From Octopus sinensis (lineage: Eukaryota): DNA of 64,000 nucleotides. The translations under genes and the position numbers were made by a program. Below are positions 41,787 to 54,639 of the stretch, piece after piece (the first letter of the stretch is position 1; each line of letters opens with the position of its first letter). A model generated the notes under the pieces. The model did no database searches. It had not been told where the DNA came from and saw only the letters and a program-made list of their open reading frames with translations. The stretch lies in contig NC_043008.1 in the NCBI RefSeq assembly GCF_006345805.1, positions 61,690,001-61,754,000 of the forward strand, read 5' to 3'.

Positions 41787-42760
41787 ATACTCATCATCAG
41801 CTTGCAAAACTATATTTGTACGGAAGATTTGAAAACAGTCCATTGAGAATTGAAAAAGCTGCAAGTGGCTGGAAGAAAACGAAGATGGTATACTAATTCG
41901 CCTTCAGGTGTTAAAAACACAAACAAACCACAGGATGATTTAGTGAAGTGCAAAACGTAAATTAGGGGACTGGGTCAGGTATATTTCTCTTTAGATCGCA
42001 TGAAACAGTTCAATCACAGTCTCTTGTAAAAAGAAGGTGGTGATGCAGAAAAGATTTAAAGTACATTGCAGTATAACTTTATAATTCTTTATATGTGTTG
42101 CTGCTGATTTTCTGTTTTATATTTTCTTAATAACCTACAGCTATTCCGCACCGGTTTGATCATAATTAAATAAAGACAAAAGCAAAATTGCAAAAAAAAA
42201 AAACATGAAGAAAAAGTAAAAAACACAGGAAGCAATAGAAGCAGTTAGCACAGCTTCATCAACACTACTCTAAACAGCAAAATAAGAACACCAGAGCCAA
42301 AAACAAAAGCACTGTAAAGCGAAAATTAACAAGAACGATTCCACACTAACAATCGGCAGCAAACCATAACAAAGTCACAAAAATTAACTGTATAAGAAAT
42401 AAAATGTATAAACGAAGAAAGGCTTAATTTCCGTTTTACTGTATTGTGTGTGTATTTGATATTACGTTGATGCACGCGTGTACATACACACGCACACAGA
42501 GACGCATTTATATACTACACCAGTATACGCGTACACATAAAGACAGAACTATTTACATGTGTGCACACACCATGGACAGATAAATCGATTTTGACAGTTT
42601 CAGGTGAGTAAGTGAGAAACAGAGTATGTGCATATTTTTTGTCATAGCGTGCGATTTTTGGAAGCAATATTCTCTACACTAATATAACTTTCCTCAATAC
42701 ATTGCACACTAACAAATTTCTGGCATTTATGTGTTCAGGTTTATGGCTCTTATAACCAGT

Positions 42761-43070
42761 GAGGGCGCGTGGTTTAATGGTTATGGGTATTCGGCTCACA
42801 ATCGTAATGTGAATTCGATGACCAACAGCGTGTTGTGTCTCATGAACAAGACGCTTTATTTCACATTCATGTAGCAAAAATGAGTTGCACCTATATTTCA
42901 AAGTGTCAGCCTTGTCACAATCTGTGTCACGCTGAATCTCGCAGAGAACTAACGTTAGTGGTACCCTTGTCTATGGAGTGGTCAACCACTTGCACCTTAA
43001 ATTCATGAGCAAGCTGTTCCGCTTATCGAACTGACTGGAACCCTCGTCATCGTAAACGACGGAGTGCTAC
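42761..43070 (+). mobile_element. tRNA-headed SINE of a third family (shares body with 61881-62229)
   Basis: Head gagggcgcgtggtttaatgg...aattcgat; body cagccttgtcaca...gtcacgctgaatctc...gagaact...; end ctggaaccctcgtcatcgtaaacgacggagtgc. Confidence 0.85.
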
Positions 43071-43097
43071 TTAATCTTATAATCTAATGAACGGGAA

Positions 43098-43534
43098 TCT
43101 CTCTCTATATAAACGGCAGTTTGCCTGTCTGTGTGTCTGTGTGTCTGTCAGGTTGTACCCTCACACTGACCACTGCTTTCAACCGATTCTGATGAAACTT
43201 GACACACACATAGCCCAATGTCATAATTCCCCCAGTTCTGAAAAAATCGATAAATTCGACATGGGGTCGAGAATCTAAGCTTTTTATATGCAACACATTT
43301 TCTGGACTGTACGTGGGCTGTTCACGTGTTGGGAGGGAGGCACAATGATGTTTTCATGTTTTCGCCCAAAGGGACAGCTAGGAACATCGTATACACAGAG
43401 GTATTTGAGTGAAGAGAAGACATTGCAACCTACACATGCGCCTTCGTTCCCTAGAGGGAAAGGACTGGATTGGGATTAGTCGTTGCCTACTAGGGGCTCT
43501 TACATACCCGGGCAATGCCGGGCTATGCTGCTAG
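43098..43534 (+). mobile_element. Non-autonomous Helitron (437 bp)
   Basis: Inserted in A|T; 5' TC start (tctctctctatataaacgg); subterminal GC hairpin cccgggcaatgccggg (43507-22); 3' CTAG (43531-34) followed by T. Confidence 0.85.
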
Positions 43535-43977
43535 TCTTTTATAAACAACAGAGAGATTTGATTTGCACAGACTGAAGTTTTCTGTTCTTTACCTCTTAAT
43601 GTTCAGCGATGTGTCATTGTGTTTTCTTCCTTTCCATTGACTACTCACTGAAACCAAACTTTTGCACGACAAGAGCAAATGGGATAACTATTCACCAAAG
43701 ATGCTGGAGAATAAACAGAAGATTTTTACAGTGAGGTATCTGGTAAGTTTCTAATTATAACCGGTGCTAATACGAATTTGTACATTTATATATAGTGTTA
43801 TTAGTTGCTTTCTATAGGGAGCGTTATTTCCTGTTTCGCAGCTAAAATTAATGTCTAGCAAGTTAGGTGCGGTTTCTATTTTCCTCATATTGATATTTAC
43901 ACCAAATTTCTTCAACAATCCTGAGTTTCGTTTGCATTACGGGGAATTACAAGCTTTGCGCCGATGTACATATTTTA

Positions 43978-44233
43978 GTTAGATGCAGAACAAATAAAAG
44001 TATGGGGTTTATGAATTCAGGCTCGCTGAAACTGCGAAGTCAATGAGAAATTTCGATAGCGACAGATAGAGATATACTGCATCAAGCTAGCAGAATCTGG
44101 ATTCAATTCTTTTCTTCTCAATAGGCTGTATTCCCATTCACGAGCATCAGCTAATACCGACGCGGTGCCACTTCATCAGCAAAGGTGAGGTAAAGGCTTA
44201 ATAAACATATATCGTCGTGGAAATCGGTTCACA
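43978..44233 (+). repeat. Dispersed copy of segment B (36944-37199)
   Basis: 256 bp with 5 substitutions by manual comparison. Confidence 0.95.
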
Positions 44234-45324
44234 TGCGAAACTCTATACGCCTCCAGCTAAATATCACAACTTAGCCGTATTTTACTGTGGGTTAACACTA
44301 AGGATTGTAGCAACATATAACAGTGACGTTCGATATGAATTCGCAAATAATATTTGCTAAAAGTCGTTAAAATAACTATATTAACAAAATATTATTATGG
44401 ATTTTCTACGCCATACGAAATACAGCAGTAGTTAAAGGTATTTTAGGTGGAACTTAGAGATGAAAGAATAACCTCGTGACTGAATCATACACACATGCAC
44501 AGGTACACACATATTTAGACACACTCACAAACAGCCATCAGATATTCTCGCTACATATAGCTCTCTATATAAAGGTATATATGTATGTATGTGTGTTCAT
44601 GTGTTCGTACAAATAAATATTTACATCTATATACATACAAGCATATAAATAAATATATATATATATATATTTATATGCGCCAGCGTGTATAATATAAAGC
44701 AAATAAGTGCTTTGTATATGTGTGTGCGTATATATATGTGTGTGTGTGTTTGTGTGTATTTGTGCATATATATATATATATATATATATACACGTACATA
44801 TATGCAGATATATATACATATATACTGGCACACACATACGCATGCAAGTACATTTACATAAATATACCTAAATATATATTTACCTGTTTGTACTTTACCG
44901 AGTTTCCCTTGAGTTTGTATTGCTCTTATTAGTATTTTTTTCAACTTCTATATATCAGTAATCACTTTTTATCTCCTTTAATGTTCTAGCACTGCTAATG
45001 TTTGTACCGCTTATATTTAGGTAGTCACATAAAAAGTACTTATGTTAAGAAAGGAAATAAGAAAGACGGAGTAAATAAAAACCAGAAGAATGTTTAGCAT
45101 AAAGAATTATATGTATATATATATATATATATATTCTGCAGCTACCGGAATGGCTGAAGGAAGAATATATGAAGTAAAAGTAAAGACTTAAGAAGTTGCA
45201 AATCCAAATACTGAAGAAAACAAGAAACAAAATTTGTGAATCGATCCGATTGAACTATATCACAGAATTAAATGTGTGTGGCTATGAAGGTGAATGCATA
45301 TATGTATATGTATGTATATATATA

Positions 45325-45380
<56 letters not shown>

Positions 45381-45435
45381 AAGCATATGTATATATAGAT
45401 ATGTATGTATATATAATATATATATATTATATATA

Positions 45436-45473
<38 letters not shown>

Positions 45474-45979
45474 GTATATATATATACGCATGTGAGTTTG
45501 CGTGTATATGTGTGTGCGTGTCCGATGTGTGTCATGAACATAGTTTCTGGTTCATGTGCTCGTACTGTTAGCGTAAGAGAATATATTAATATTTCTTGTA
45601 GACATAAATATTCATTTGTGTATCACACTCATCAACTTTAAAGAACAACAACTGTGAACAGATATTTATGTGTATGTGTATATATGCCTGCATGTATGTA
45701 TATATGTACTTATATATGTATCTATCTATACGTGTATGTATGTGTATGTATATATATATATACATACATATATATACATATATATATACATATATATATG
45801 CATATATATATACATACATATATGTAGGCTAAGGTGGGTGCCGACTCATTAATCGAGTATGGCTCTTCTAAACACTGGCAATTACAGAGTACGTACACAT
45901 ATTCATTTAACTAGTCAAAAACTAACAACGCAAAAACTCGCTTGTTATATAAATCTGAATATGTAGAGCTTAAAATTAC

Positions 45980-46420
45980 TAGAAGATGGCGAGACGTAGT
46001 CTACATGTTATATGACCGAAAGCATCTCTGTAGCTCAGTAAAAAAGGTTTATGATGTATTTTTTCTGTACAGACGTAATGGAGATGGTTGATTTTACTGG
46101 ACCGGTCATCTGATAAGGGAATCTGAGCAATACAAACTCAAACAACTGTTATATACTCAGACGAAAAGAGCAAAGAGGTTTCAATGTAAACCAAAACATG
46201 TGTTTCAAAGATTTAATCAGTAACTCTTTAAAAACATTCAAAATGACACAAAGAAATTTGAGAGATTGATGTAATGCACTCATCGACTAAAATAGCAGAG
46301 GAAAGGAAAAGCATGCATTGAAAGAACAATGAGCAACAAAAAGTTCACTTATGGCAAGTGATGGTTGCTCCTTAACTTACAATACCTGGAAACGTATTTG
46401 TTTCTCATAAGTCGAATGAA
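45980..46420 (+). pseudogene. RTE-clade LINE C-terminal remnant
   Basis: FYWTGHLIR...KLKQLLYTQ...KRFQCKPK then CFKDLISNSLKTFK; matches the recalled RTE C-terminus LRWxGHxxRM..R.PKQLLY.EL..G.R..G.P..R.KD. Confidence 0.7.
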
Positions 46421-47182
46421 GACAAATACATAGAATAAATTCATGCATAATAAAGGCGACTAAATATTTAGGGAAATGGAGCTAAAATGATATGAATATA
46501 AATATATAATAATACAAGAGTATAAATATAAAAAATAAAGTGCAGGGAATGCAGAACATTTCTTTTTTCACTTTTCTGCAATTAAATAATGTAAAAATAA
46601 GAAATGTGATGTTTTCTCCTGATGAAAAGGTGTTGCCGTTGGAATTCTTTATTGGATTGTGCATTAATGATGTGAAGCAGCTTCCTTTGAAACAATCGTA
46701 GAGAGGGGCTTGAATGGACTATGTTCTGATTTCCTTACACATTATTTTTTATATAATTATATTTACATTATTTCAGCTCCATTGCCTTAATTTGTGGCCT
46801 TTTTGCGTTTCAACGCTACATTTATAAATAACATTTTTCTGGCAACAATTTCCGCTAATCGGACATCCTAGAGGGTCCCTACAATTACACTTTTTCGCCC
46901 TTATGGGGTCTAGCATTATTCAGCATATCGATCGCTTCCGTCCTTCCAATACCGGGATCCACAGTGTTATTTGTAATTTCATTAATGCTAATTTCAGGTT
47001 TATTTATTTTATCAATATTACTCCTATTATCACAAGGTGCACTATTTCTATTACTACCATCATCACATATGGTTGGGTATGAGTTTTAAATATTTTTAAG
47101 TATGCGCTTATGCGATTATTGCAATAAACTCAACTTAGTATTAATGCCAGCACCACTGAGTTATTTCTTTAACTACTTCTCA

Positions 47183-47293
47183 TACTACTACTACTACGAC
47201 TAATTCTACTACTACTACGACTACTACTACTACTAATACTAATACTACTACTACTACTACTACTACAACTACTACTACTATTACTACTACTAC
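47183..47293. repeat. (CTA)n microsatellite
   Basis: Read directly. Confidence 0.93.
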
Positions 47294-47890
47294 ATAACAG
47301 TATAGTATCCTTTTACGAGTATGCAACTCAGAAATATTTGTATATTTTGTCTCTTACAAGTGATTAATATTAACAATATAATATACTGAACGTAAAAAGA
47401 AGATATATGCCTTTGAGGTGCTCCATAAGACACCATTATAAGTACCCCTATGAAATATTGTGTACTTTTATTTTAAAACTGTATTGCGAATTTCAAAGCG
47501 AAGTTACTACGAAGAAAATATATATTTTTTAGGTCGTGTCACTAGTTCTCAGTATTCAAAGATCACTGCAATAGTACAATGCACTACTATGTAGAAAGTC
47601 ACAGGAAAGATCCACTAGAGAGATTCTTCCAGCCGAGCCAACGGGCAACAGACCTTTGGAGAAAACTGTGAGCATAATGGTAATGGGTGGATAATATTCT
47701 TAATACCAGTTAGTCATCTTTGGGAAATTATTAGCCGGAAATGATGGTTTCTTATGTTACGACCGTATGGAAGATGTGTCTGAAGACTGGCATACAAACG
47801 AGCAAGAAATATTCGGTAGGGAAGTTAGATGGATGGATACTTCTTACTAAACACTTAATTTCTCTGGACAGTAATGTTATTAGCACATGG

Positions 47891-48095
47891 TAAGGCGGCG
47901 ACATGGCTGAATCGTTAGTACGACGGGAAAAATAATCCTTATTTCATTCGGCTATAGGTATTGATTTCAAACTCCGGCGAATTCAGGTTTGCCTTCAGTC
48001 CGTTTGGAGTCGTACCACGCGAACACTGGGTTCGATGTAATAGAGTGAATCGCCTGCACCGAAATTACTGGCCTTGTGCCATAATTGGAAACCGA
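47891..48095 (+). mobile_element. Degenerate Nin-type SINE
   Basis: taaggcggcgacatggctgaatcgttag...tttgccttcagtccgtttggagtcg...ctgggttcgatgtaat...gaaattactggccttgtgcc. Confidence 0.7.
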
Positions 48096-48310
48096 TATTT
48101 TGTAAATGGTGTTTTCCTCCAGAAATTCTATAAAATTAATAGTTAAAAAGAAATCACAGAAATATATACTGTTCGAAATATGTGAAAACCTCTTAAGAGC
48201 AAAGCAGTTCATTCCCTAATCTTGCGTCATAACCTCGTTGGTATAGGCTAATTCCTATTGAATGGGTACATCTGTAATACACTCTACGGCGACAGCTTCA
48301 TTGAGGACCA

Positions 48311-48455
48311 ATGTGTGGAATCTTGTTTCCCATCCAAATGGTTCCGAGTTCTGTGTCACTGAGTGGTATATTGTGGAAGTGTCTTCTACCTATAGCCTCG
48401 GACCGACCAAAGCCTTATGAGTGGACTTGCAGGCGGAAACGGAGAGAAACCAGTA
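48311..48455 (+). mobile_element. Degenerate CORE-like SINE head followed by long TA/TCTA tracts
   Basis: atggttccgagtt...gaagtgtcttctacctatagcctcggaccgaccaaagcctt. Confidence 0.75.
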
Positions 48456-48464
48456 TATGTATGT

Positions 48465-48547
<83 letters not shown>

Positions 48548-48618
48548 TGTGTGCATATATGTATATATATGTATTTATATGTATATTTGTATATATCTAT
48601 ATATATATATGCATATAT

Positions 48619-48682
<64 letters not shown>

Positions 48683-48863
48683 CTAATCAGGTCTCGTGAA
48701 ATCCTTAAAGCCAGGAAATTTTCAGCCCCACCCCCTTATATATATATATATGCTTACACTCACAGACACACTCACATACAGGCATGCATGTATGGCTTTG
48801 TGTGTATATCTATATATATACATATGTGTGTATATATACATGTATCTATCATTTGTATCTCTT

Positions 48864-48940
<77 letters not shown>

Positions 48941-48949
48941 ATATATATA

Positions 48950-49001
<52 letters not shown>

Positions 49002-49916
49002 TATATATACGGAAATGAATTCAAATCTATTGGTTTTATAAAATGTTGTTTTAAATTGTATTAAGTGAATTATTGATTTTTCTGAGCAAAACAACATTCA
49101 GTGATAGAATTTATCGATTTCATGTTAATACAATAGGATAAATGATATTTGTCTAGTTAAATTGCAACCGCTTGATCTTCCAGCTTTTCTTCTCTCTTTA
49201 TTACGACTATTTTAGTGACTGAAATTGTTAGTCAATAATGTCTCCCGAAATTCTTATGTTTACATTTCAAAATAGTTCTCATGAAATACTTTCCAATTTA
49301 TTGGATACATTTTCCAATATCACAACCTAATATTGACATTTCCCGTAAGACAATTAATTGAAATCTCTTGTCTACTTTGAAAACTTTAACATCCTTCACT
49401 GATTAGTTAGAGACACAGCAAAATGCTGTGGTTATAATACGCAGTTGATTAAATCCTGGATTCGTGATTGATACGTAGTTTCTTATATCTTAATTAAAAT
49501 TATCAATCTCTTTAAATTATGTCGCAGGCGTCTTTTATGATATTATCATCACAAATAGCTGCTGGTTGCGTAACCCTAACGTATAATAGTAACTAAATTC
49601 TGCAGTGCAATTTTAAATATGCTTCGTATATATGTACTAACAGAGCTAGCATCATTTAGGAAAGTATTACTTGCATTACTCAGATTTCAATTCCAGCTAA
49701 TGAGCAAGTAATTAATTAGTATGTTACGTTAACGTGTATTTTACAACAGATGCTGTTCTTGTATTGAAGCAATTTGTGTAGGAGCAAAATGTCGTGTATC
49801 GAATTTATATAGAATACCAAATACATGTGTGGGTGATTTTGCACCTATGTATATATTTGTTTTCTTGCATCTCTGTATGTGTATGGGCGTATTTATATAC
49901 CTATATGTGTACAGAA

Positions 49917-49950
49917 GGAAGAAGAAGAAGAAGAAGAAGAAGAAGAAGAA

Positions 49951-50022
<72 letters not shown>

Positions 50023-50045
50023 GATGAAGATGATGATGATGATGA

Positions 50046-50086
<41 letters not shown>
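49917..50086. repeat. (GAA)n-(GAT)n microsatellite
   Basis: Read directly; gives spurious poly-E/D/M ORFs. Confidence 0.97.
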
Positions 50087-50087
<1 letters not shown>

Positions 50088-51104
50088 GCTACTCAGCGTG
50101 GAGGCAGTGGGAAAGACTGCATATATATCTAGTCGTATGCTTGTGATGGGTTAGCCAGTACACGCCGAAGCATTGTTATCGAATTTGATCTATCGACATT
50201 AGTCTGTGACAACTGAAAATGAAAAGATCTATTAAATAGATAACTAGACAATTGTCCAGAATCAAATGGTGAGAATATTTATGATATATGTTGTGGGAAG
50301 ACTTAATTTATTGTCCCAGTGCATTTTTTAGCACGAGAAAAGCTAATCAAATAGGAAAAGAAAAAAAAGACAAAGAGATAGGCATACTGATAGATTTGTA
50401 GCTAGATATACATATGTACCTAATCAGATGCTTTGTTGTAATTATTTTGTTTAACAACTGTCTTTATGCTTCATATTTGTGTTAGTATTAGTATAGTCTA
50501 ATACTGGTCTTGTTTGCATTCGTTTAGTTAATACTGAACAGATAAATAGAAATATTAAAATTACTAAGTCTCTCTAAAGGAGATTACGGCAGCGTTACTG
50601 GAAATTAATAGTTATCGCCATACTTATATGGCAGTCTTATAAATATAAGACTAAAGCTGTCGCTGATTAGCTCTAAGAGGCCACCGCCTCAAGCTAGCTA
50701 TTTGACACACAACCTGCGTCCATTATAAACCTTCGAACAGGGGAGGTCAGCCGCTTCATCCTGCCAGATAAAATTTTACATTCATAGACGGCGAAAACAT
50801 GCAGTATGTCTTTCTACAAATCCGTCTTTTGTTTTCGATTTCGATACAGAAAAAATATTTTTGTAAAATAACTGGGAAATTTACTATAATGTAGCTGGGG
50901 AACGACTGAAAATAAAGTAACTATAATAATACAGCATTCCAACATATCATAAAACATTATTTCCTCTTAAATTTCCCTGTTCACAATTACAAGGAATAGG
51001 AACACGCTTCTGGATTCCTTATCCCATTTTACTTTTACAAATAAATACAGTCACTGCTACGTTTAGACAGCGAGATATATAGTGCATTCACAATGCGAAA
51101 TACC

Positions 51105-51518
51105 TATTTCTTTATTACCCACAAGGGGATAAACACAGAGCGGATAAACAAGGACAGACATAGGTATTAAGTCGATTACATCAACCCCAGTGCGTAACTG
51201 GTACTTAATTTATCGACCCCGAAAGGATGAAAGGCAAAGTCGACTCCGGCGGAATTTAAACTCACACGTAACGCAGACGAAATACCTATTTCTTTATTAC
51301 CCACAAGGGGCTAAACACAGAGGGGACAAACAAGGACAGACATAGGTATTAAGTCGATTACATTGACCCCAGTGTATAACTGGTACTTAATTTATCGACC
51401 CCGAAAGGATGAATGGCAAAGTCGACCTCGGCGGAATTTGAACTCACAACGTAACGCAGACGAAATATCGCTAAGCATTTCGCCCGGCGTGCTAACGTTT
51501 CTGCCAGCTCGCCGCCTT
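51105..51518 (-). mobile_element. Nin-type SINE with one head and two tandem bodies, 12-bp TSD
   Basis: Body period ~182-183 bp; TSD atgcgaaatacc at 51093-51104 and 51519-51530. Confidence 0.92.
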
Positions 51519-51553
51519 ATGCGAAATACCGAAACCCACTGTCTGAAATATCA

Positions 51554-51943
51554 GGTAAGAAGCTTAATTCTCAACCACATGATTCTAGATTAAGTCACAG
51601 AGCTTGCCACCCTGGGCAAGTGACTTCCTCTTGGACCAGCCAAAGAGGATTTGGTAGAAGGAAATAGAAAAAAATAATAAAACACGCGTATGTAATAATA
51701 TTGGCGTAACGACTCTCCCTAGACACAACAATATATATATATATGTGTGTGTGTGTATCTCTCTGCTCGTCCCCCAGCACCGCTTAACATCGAGTGGTGG
51801 TGTGTTTATGTCCCCGTAAGCTAGGCACTCATCAGTGATCTGATAAACAAGTAGCAGGCTTCAAAAAAATAATAAATCCTAGGGTCGATTTGTTTGACTA
51901 AACCCTGCATGGCTGCAGTGAGATGTCTGATAAAAGTAAAAGA
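51554..51943 (+). mobile_element. Degenerate CORE-like composite SINE
   Basis: ccctgggcaagtgac; gtgtgtttatgtccccgtaa; cctagggtcgatttgtttgactaaa. Confidence 0.7.
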
Positions 51944-52004
51944 TGGTTTTATTAATATCATTAAGGAAGCGTTTAAAATTCCCACCGATTCCGATTTACA
52001 TTTC

Positions 52005-52270
52005 ATCATTTCGTGGTCGATAAATTAAATAGCATTTGAGTACTAGGGTCGACATAATTGACTTACTCTCTCACCGAAGTTACTGGCTTTATTCCAAAAT
52101 TTGAAACCATTACTTATATGGTGGCTAGTCAGCAGAATGGTTAGTATGCCGGGAAAAATACATAGCGGTATTTTCGTCCATCTTTACGTTGTGAGTTCAA
52201 ATATCCCGCGGTCGACACCGATAAAATAAAAATGCCCTAAAATTTCAAGCCTTGTGCCTATAATAGAAGT
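52005..52270 (+). mobile_element. Two adjacent degenerate Nin-type SINE fragments
   Basis: tttcatcatttcgtggtcgataaattaa...gggtcgac; then ggctagtcagcagaatggttagtatgccggg...gagttcaaat. Confidence 0.65.
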
Positions 52271-54639
52271 GTTCAGTAGCTACCCATTATAGAACGTTTT
52301 CAATGTTCTCTCATGTTTTATGTCTTTTTATCAAAATTATTACATCGTGTTGTATAAGTTTACAAAGTTGAAATTAAATATTTTCCTATTTTCTATGGTG
52401 TATTCTTTACATTTCTAACCTACGCCAACATATAAGATTATTTTATCTTATTCTGCTCAATGAGCTGAACATGGTAAATGAGTAAGCTTATATGTCTGAC
52501 ATTACCTCATGTTTTATATCTTTTGTCATTCGCCGTCTCCTCCAATCGCTAGACATAAATATCTTTGCTTTGTTTGCCTTGGTTTTCTTCTTCTGTTCTT
52601 AGTAGACCTAACAATATTTGTTCCCCAATTTATCTAAATATCAAACTTGCAAAAACAAATATCTGGAAACTTGGCAGTATTTGTAGACTTACTCTTAATA
52701 TGTTTATAGTAAATACGAACTTCCATATTTGATGGACTTTGCTCAGGCTAAAACTATAAGCAATTTATTGATGTCAGACCTTTTTAGATTAAATATTATA
52801 TATTTATTGACCCTTTTGGCGAAATAACCTGAATTATTTCGGTGAAATAATGAATAAATCAATCCAAAGTGGTTAAAACTGATATTAAAGAAGACTTTTT
52901 CAAGATATTGAGTGTCTCAGGAGAGAAATTTAATTTTAATGCGTTGTGCCGGATGCATCGAAAGAGCATAGACGGAAGCAAGAGATATAATAGGGAAAAA
53001 ACAGCTAATGTCACACAGAGAGCTAGAACAGAAAGATGCGTGGAAATAAGCATAAGGGAAGATAAAGGAAATTGTAGAATGAACTTTAACTTTTAATGCT
53101 AAAGCAAACAACTATTATTAGACTAAACTATTATGTACGAATGACCAGGTACTGAAGTAGTTAGAAGTTTTCTGAGACGTAAGTATTTAAGTTATGAGAG
53201 GTCATACGTTACCATGCGACCGACAACTGCGTATATAGTTGAAGGCGTCGACTTTGACTGAATGTAAAATATAATTGTTCACTAATTGTATTCTGCCAAC
53301 TACATTGAATGCGTTCAGTACGACGGTGCTTTTATGACAGTGTGTTCGTGAGGAAAAGCAATTTAATTAACGTGCATTTTAATGATTTTATATTTCGTAT
53401 TCCAGATAGTTTCGGTGCTTTACTGATATTGCAGTGAATAAATACCGAAACAAGGAAGAAGTCTCTGTAGAACATCCCTTATTATTTGATTCATTCTCAG
53501 ATACAAACTCGCACTTGAATGCAAATAATCACATCTCTGTTTTTTTTTGTTGTTTTTTTTTGTTGTTTTTTTTTCTTTTATTAGCTACTTAGAGAGAGGT
53601 AGCTACTACAACCTGTATATATTCACTAAGAAAAATGAAATTACTGCAGTTCATATTTAATCTGAAATTCTGTAGAGCCACATGTTCCTGAAGGCATGTT
53701 AATCTAAAGAGTTACAACTCTGGAGACGAACGGTTTATGCCATTTTTAAGGATCTTAGAAGTAGGTACAGCTGGACGAAAACAGTCGATCGGGAGTATGA
53801 GATGAGTGTGGTGAAGGATGGTATGTAATCGTAAAACAGGAAAGAAATGATGCAATTGAAGCGTATCGGTTAAATCATGTTGACAACCAGATAAATATTC
53901 ATTATGCGACCTAAGAAAGCATTTACGAGTAAAAATAGATCGAGTAGAAATTTCAAGACACATTTGTTGTTAAGATTTCAATGCCTGATTTAATTGAACT
54001 ATGTGTACATTTACCACCGATCACATATAATTACTTACCTGAACCTAAATATATAGGATGCAGTTGGTGCTATAAATTGCATGTGAGGTCTATTTTAACG
54101 CTAATTGTACATAATGAGGTAACACATTTATGAAATTTTTTAGGATAGTATGTATTGATTATGTACAAGTATTTCTACTGGACTGCTTACTTGATATACG
54201 AATGATTGTCACCTTCTACTAGCACAAACAATGATGTGATTTTCAAATGCATTCGTTTTCTTTCAATAGTCTGTAAGCATAGAAGCAATACAAGTCTAGT
54301 CTCATCTATCTTACATTAATTTTGGAAACGTATCCACGACTTTTGATACACTGCATTTGATCATTTTTGGTTTGAAGAAACGCATCACTATATGTTGCAA
54401 AATGCAATCTAGTGTGAATGTTTGCATCTAATAAACGTCTATAGCTGCTGGGCAGTCAATCTAATTATGAAACTGTGTTGAAAACTATGGAAATGTTTCT
54501 TAACAACAAATCTAACAACGTCACTACTACTGATAATGTTGCTGGAAAAAGTGAAGGTATAAGGTTATATTAGACACAAGTTGACAATAAATCACGCTCA
54601 ATGAAAAACAATAAAAGACGCGGAAAAGACAGAGCAGGA

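Larger units (their letters stand above)
39528..41888 (+). mobile_element. Merlin-superfamily (IS1595/ISXO2-like) DNA transposon, decayed
   Basis: Left TIR gggcatctttcgttttcttccaacc (39528-52); right TIR ggctggaagaaaacgaagatgg (41867-88); flanks tagactaa (39520-27) / tatactaa (41889-96), a 7/8 match TSD; transposase relic inside. Confidence 0.8.

Noticed and set aside
45139-45190. TGMAEGRIYEVKV, an FN3-like micro-exon
   Set aside because: Very short, followed by a stop, with no supporting neighbouring exons.
49879-50154. Acidic poly-E/D ORF
   Set aside because: (GAA)n(GAT)n microsatellite with a frameshift into poly-M.
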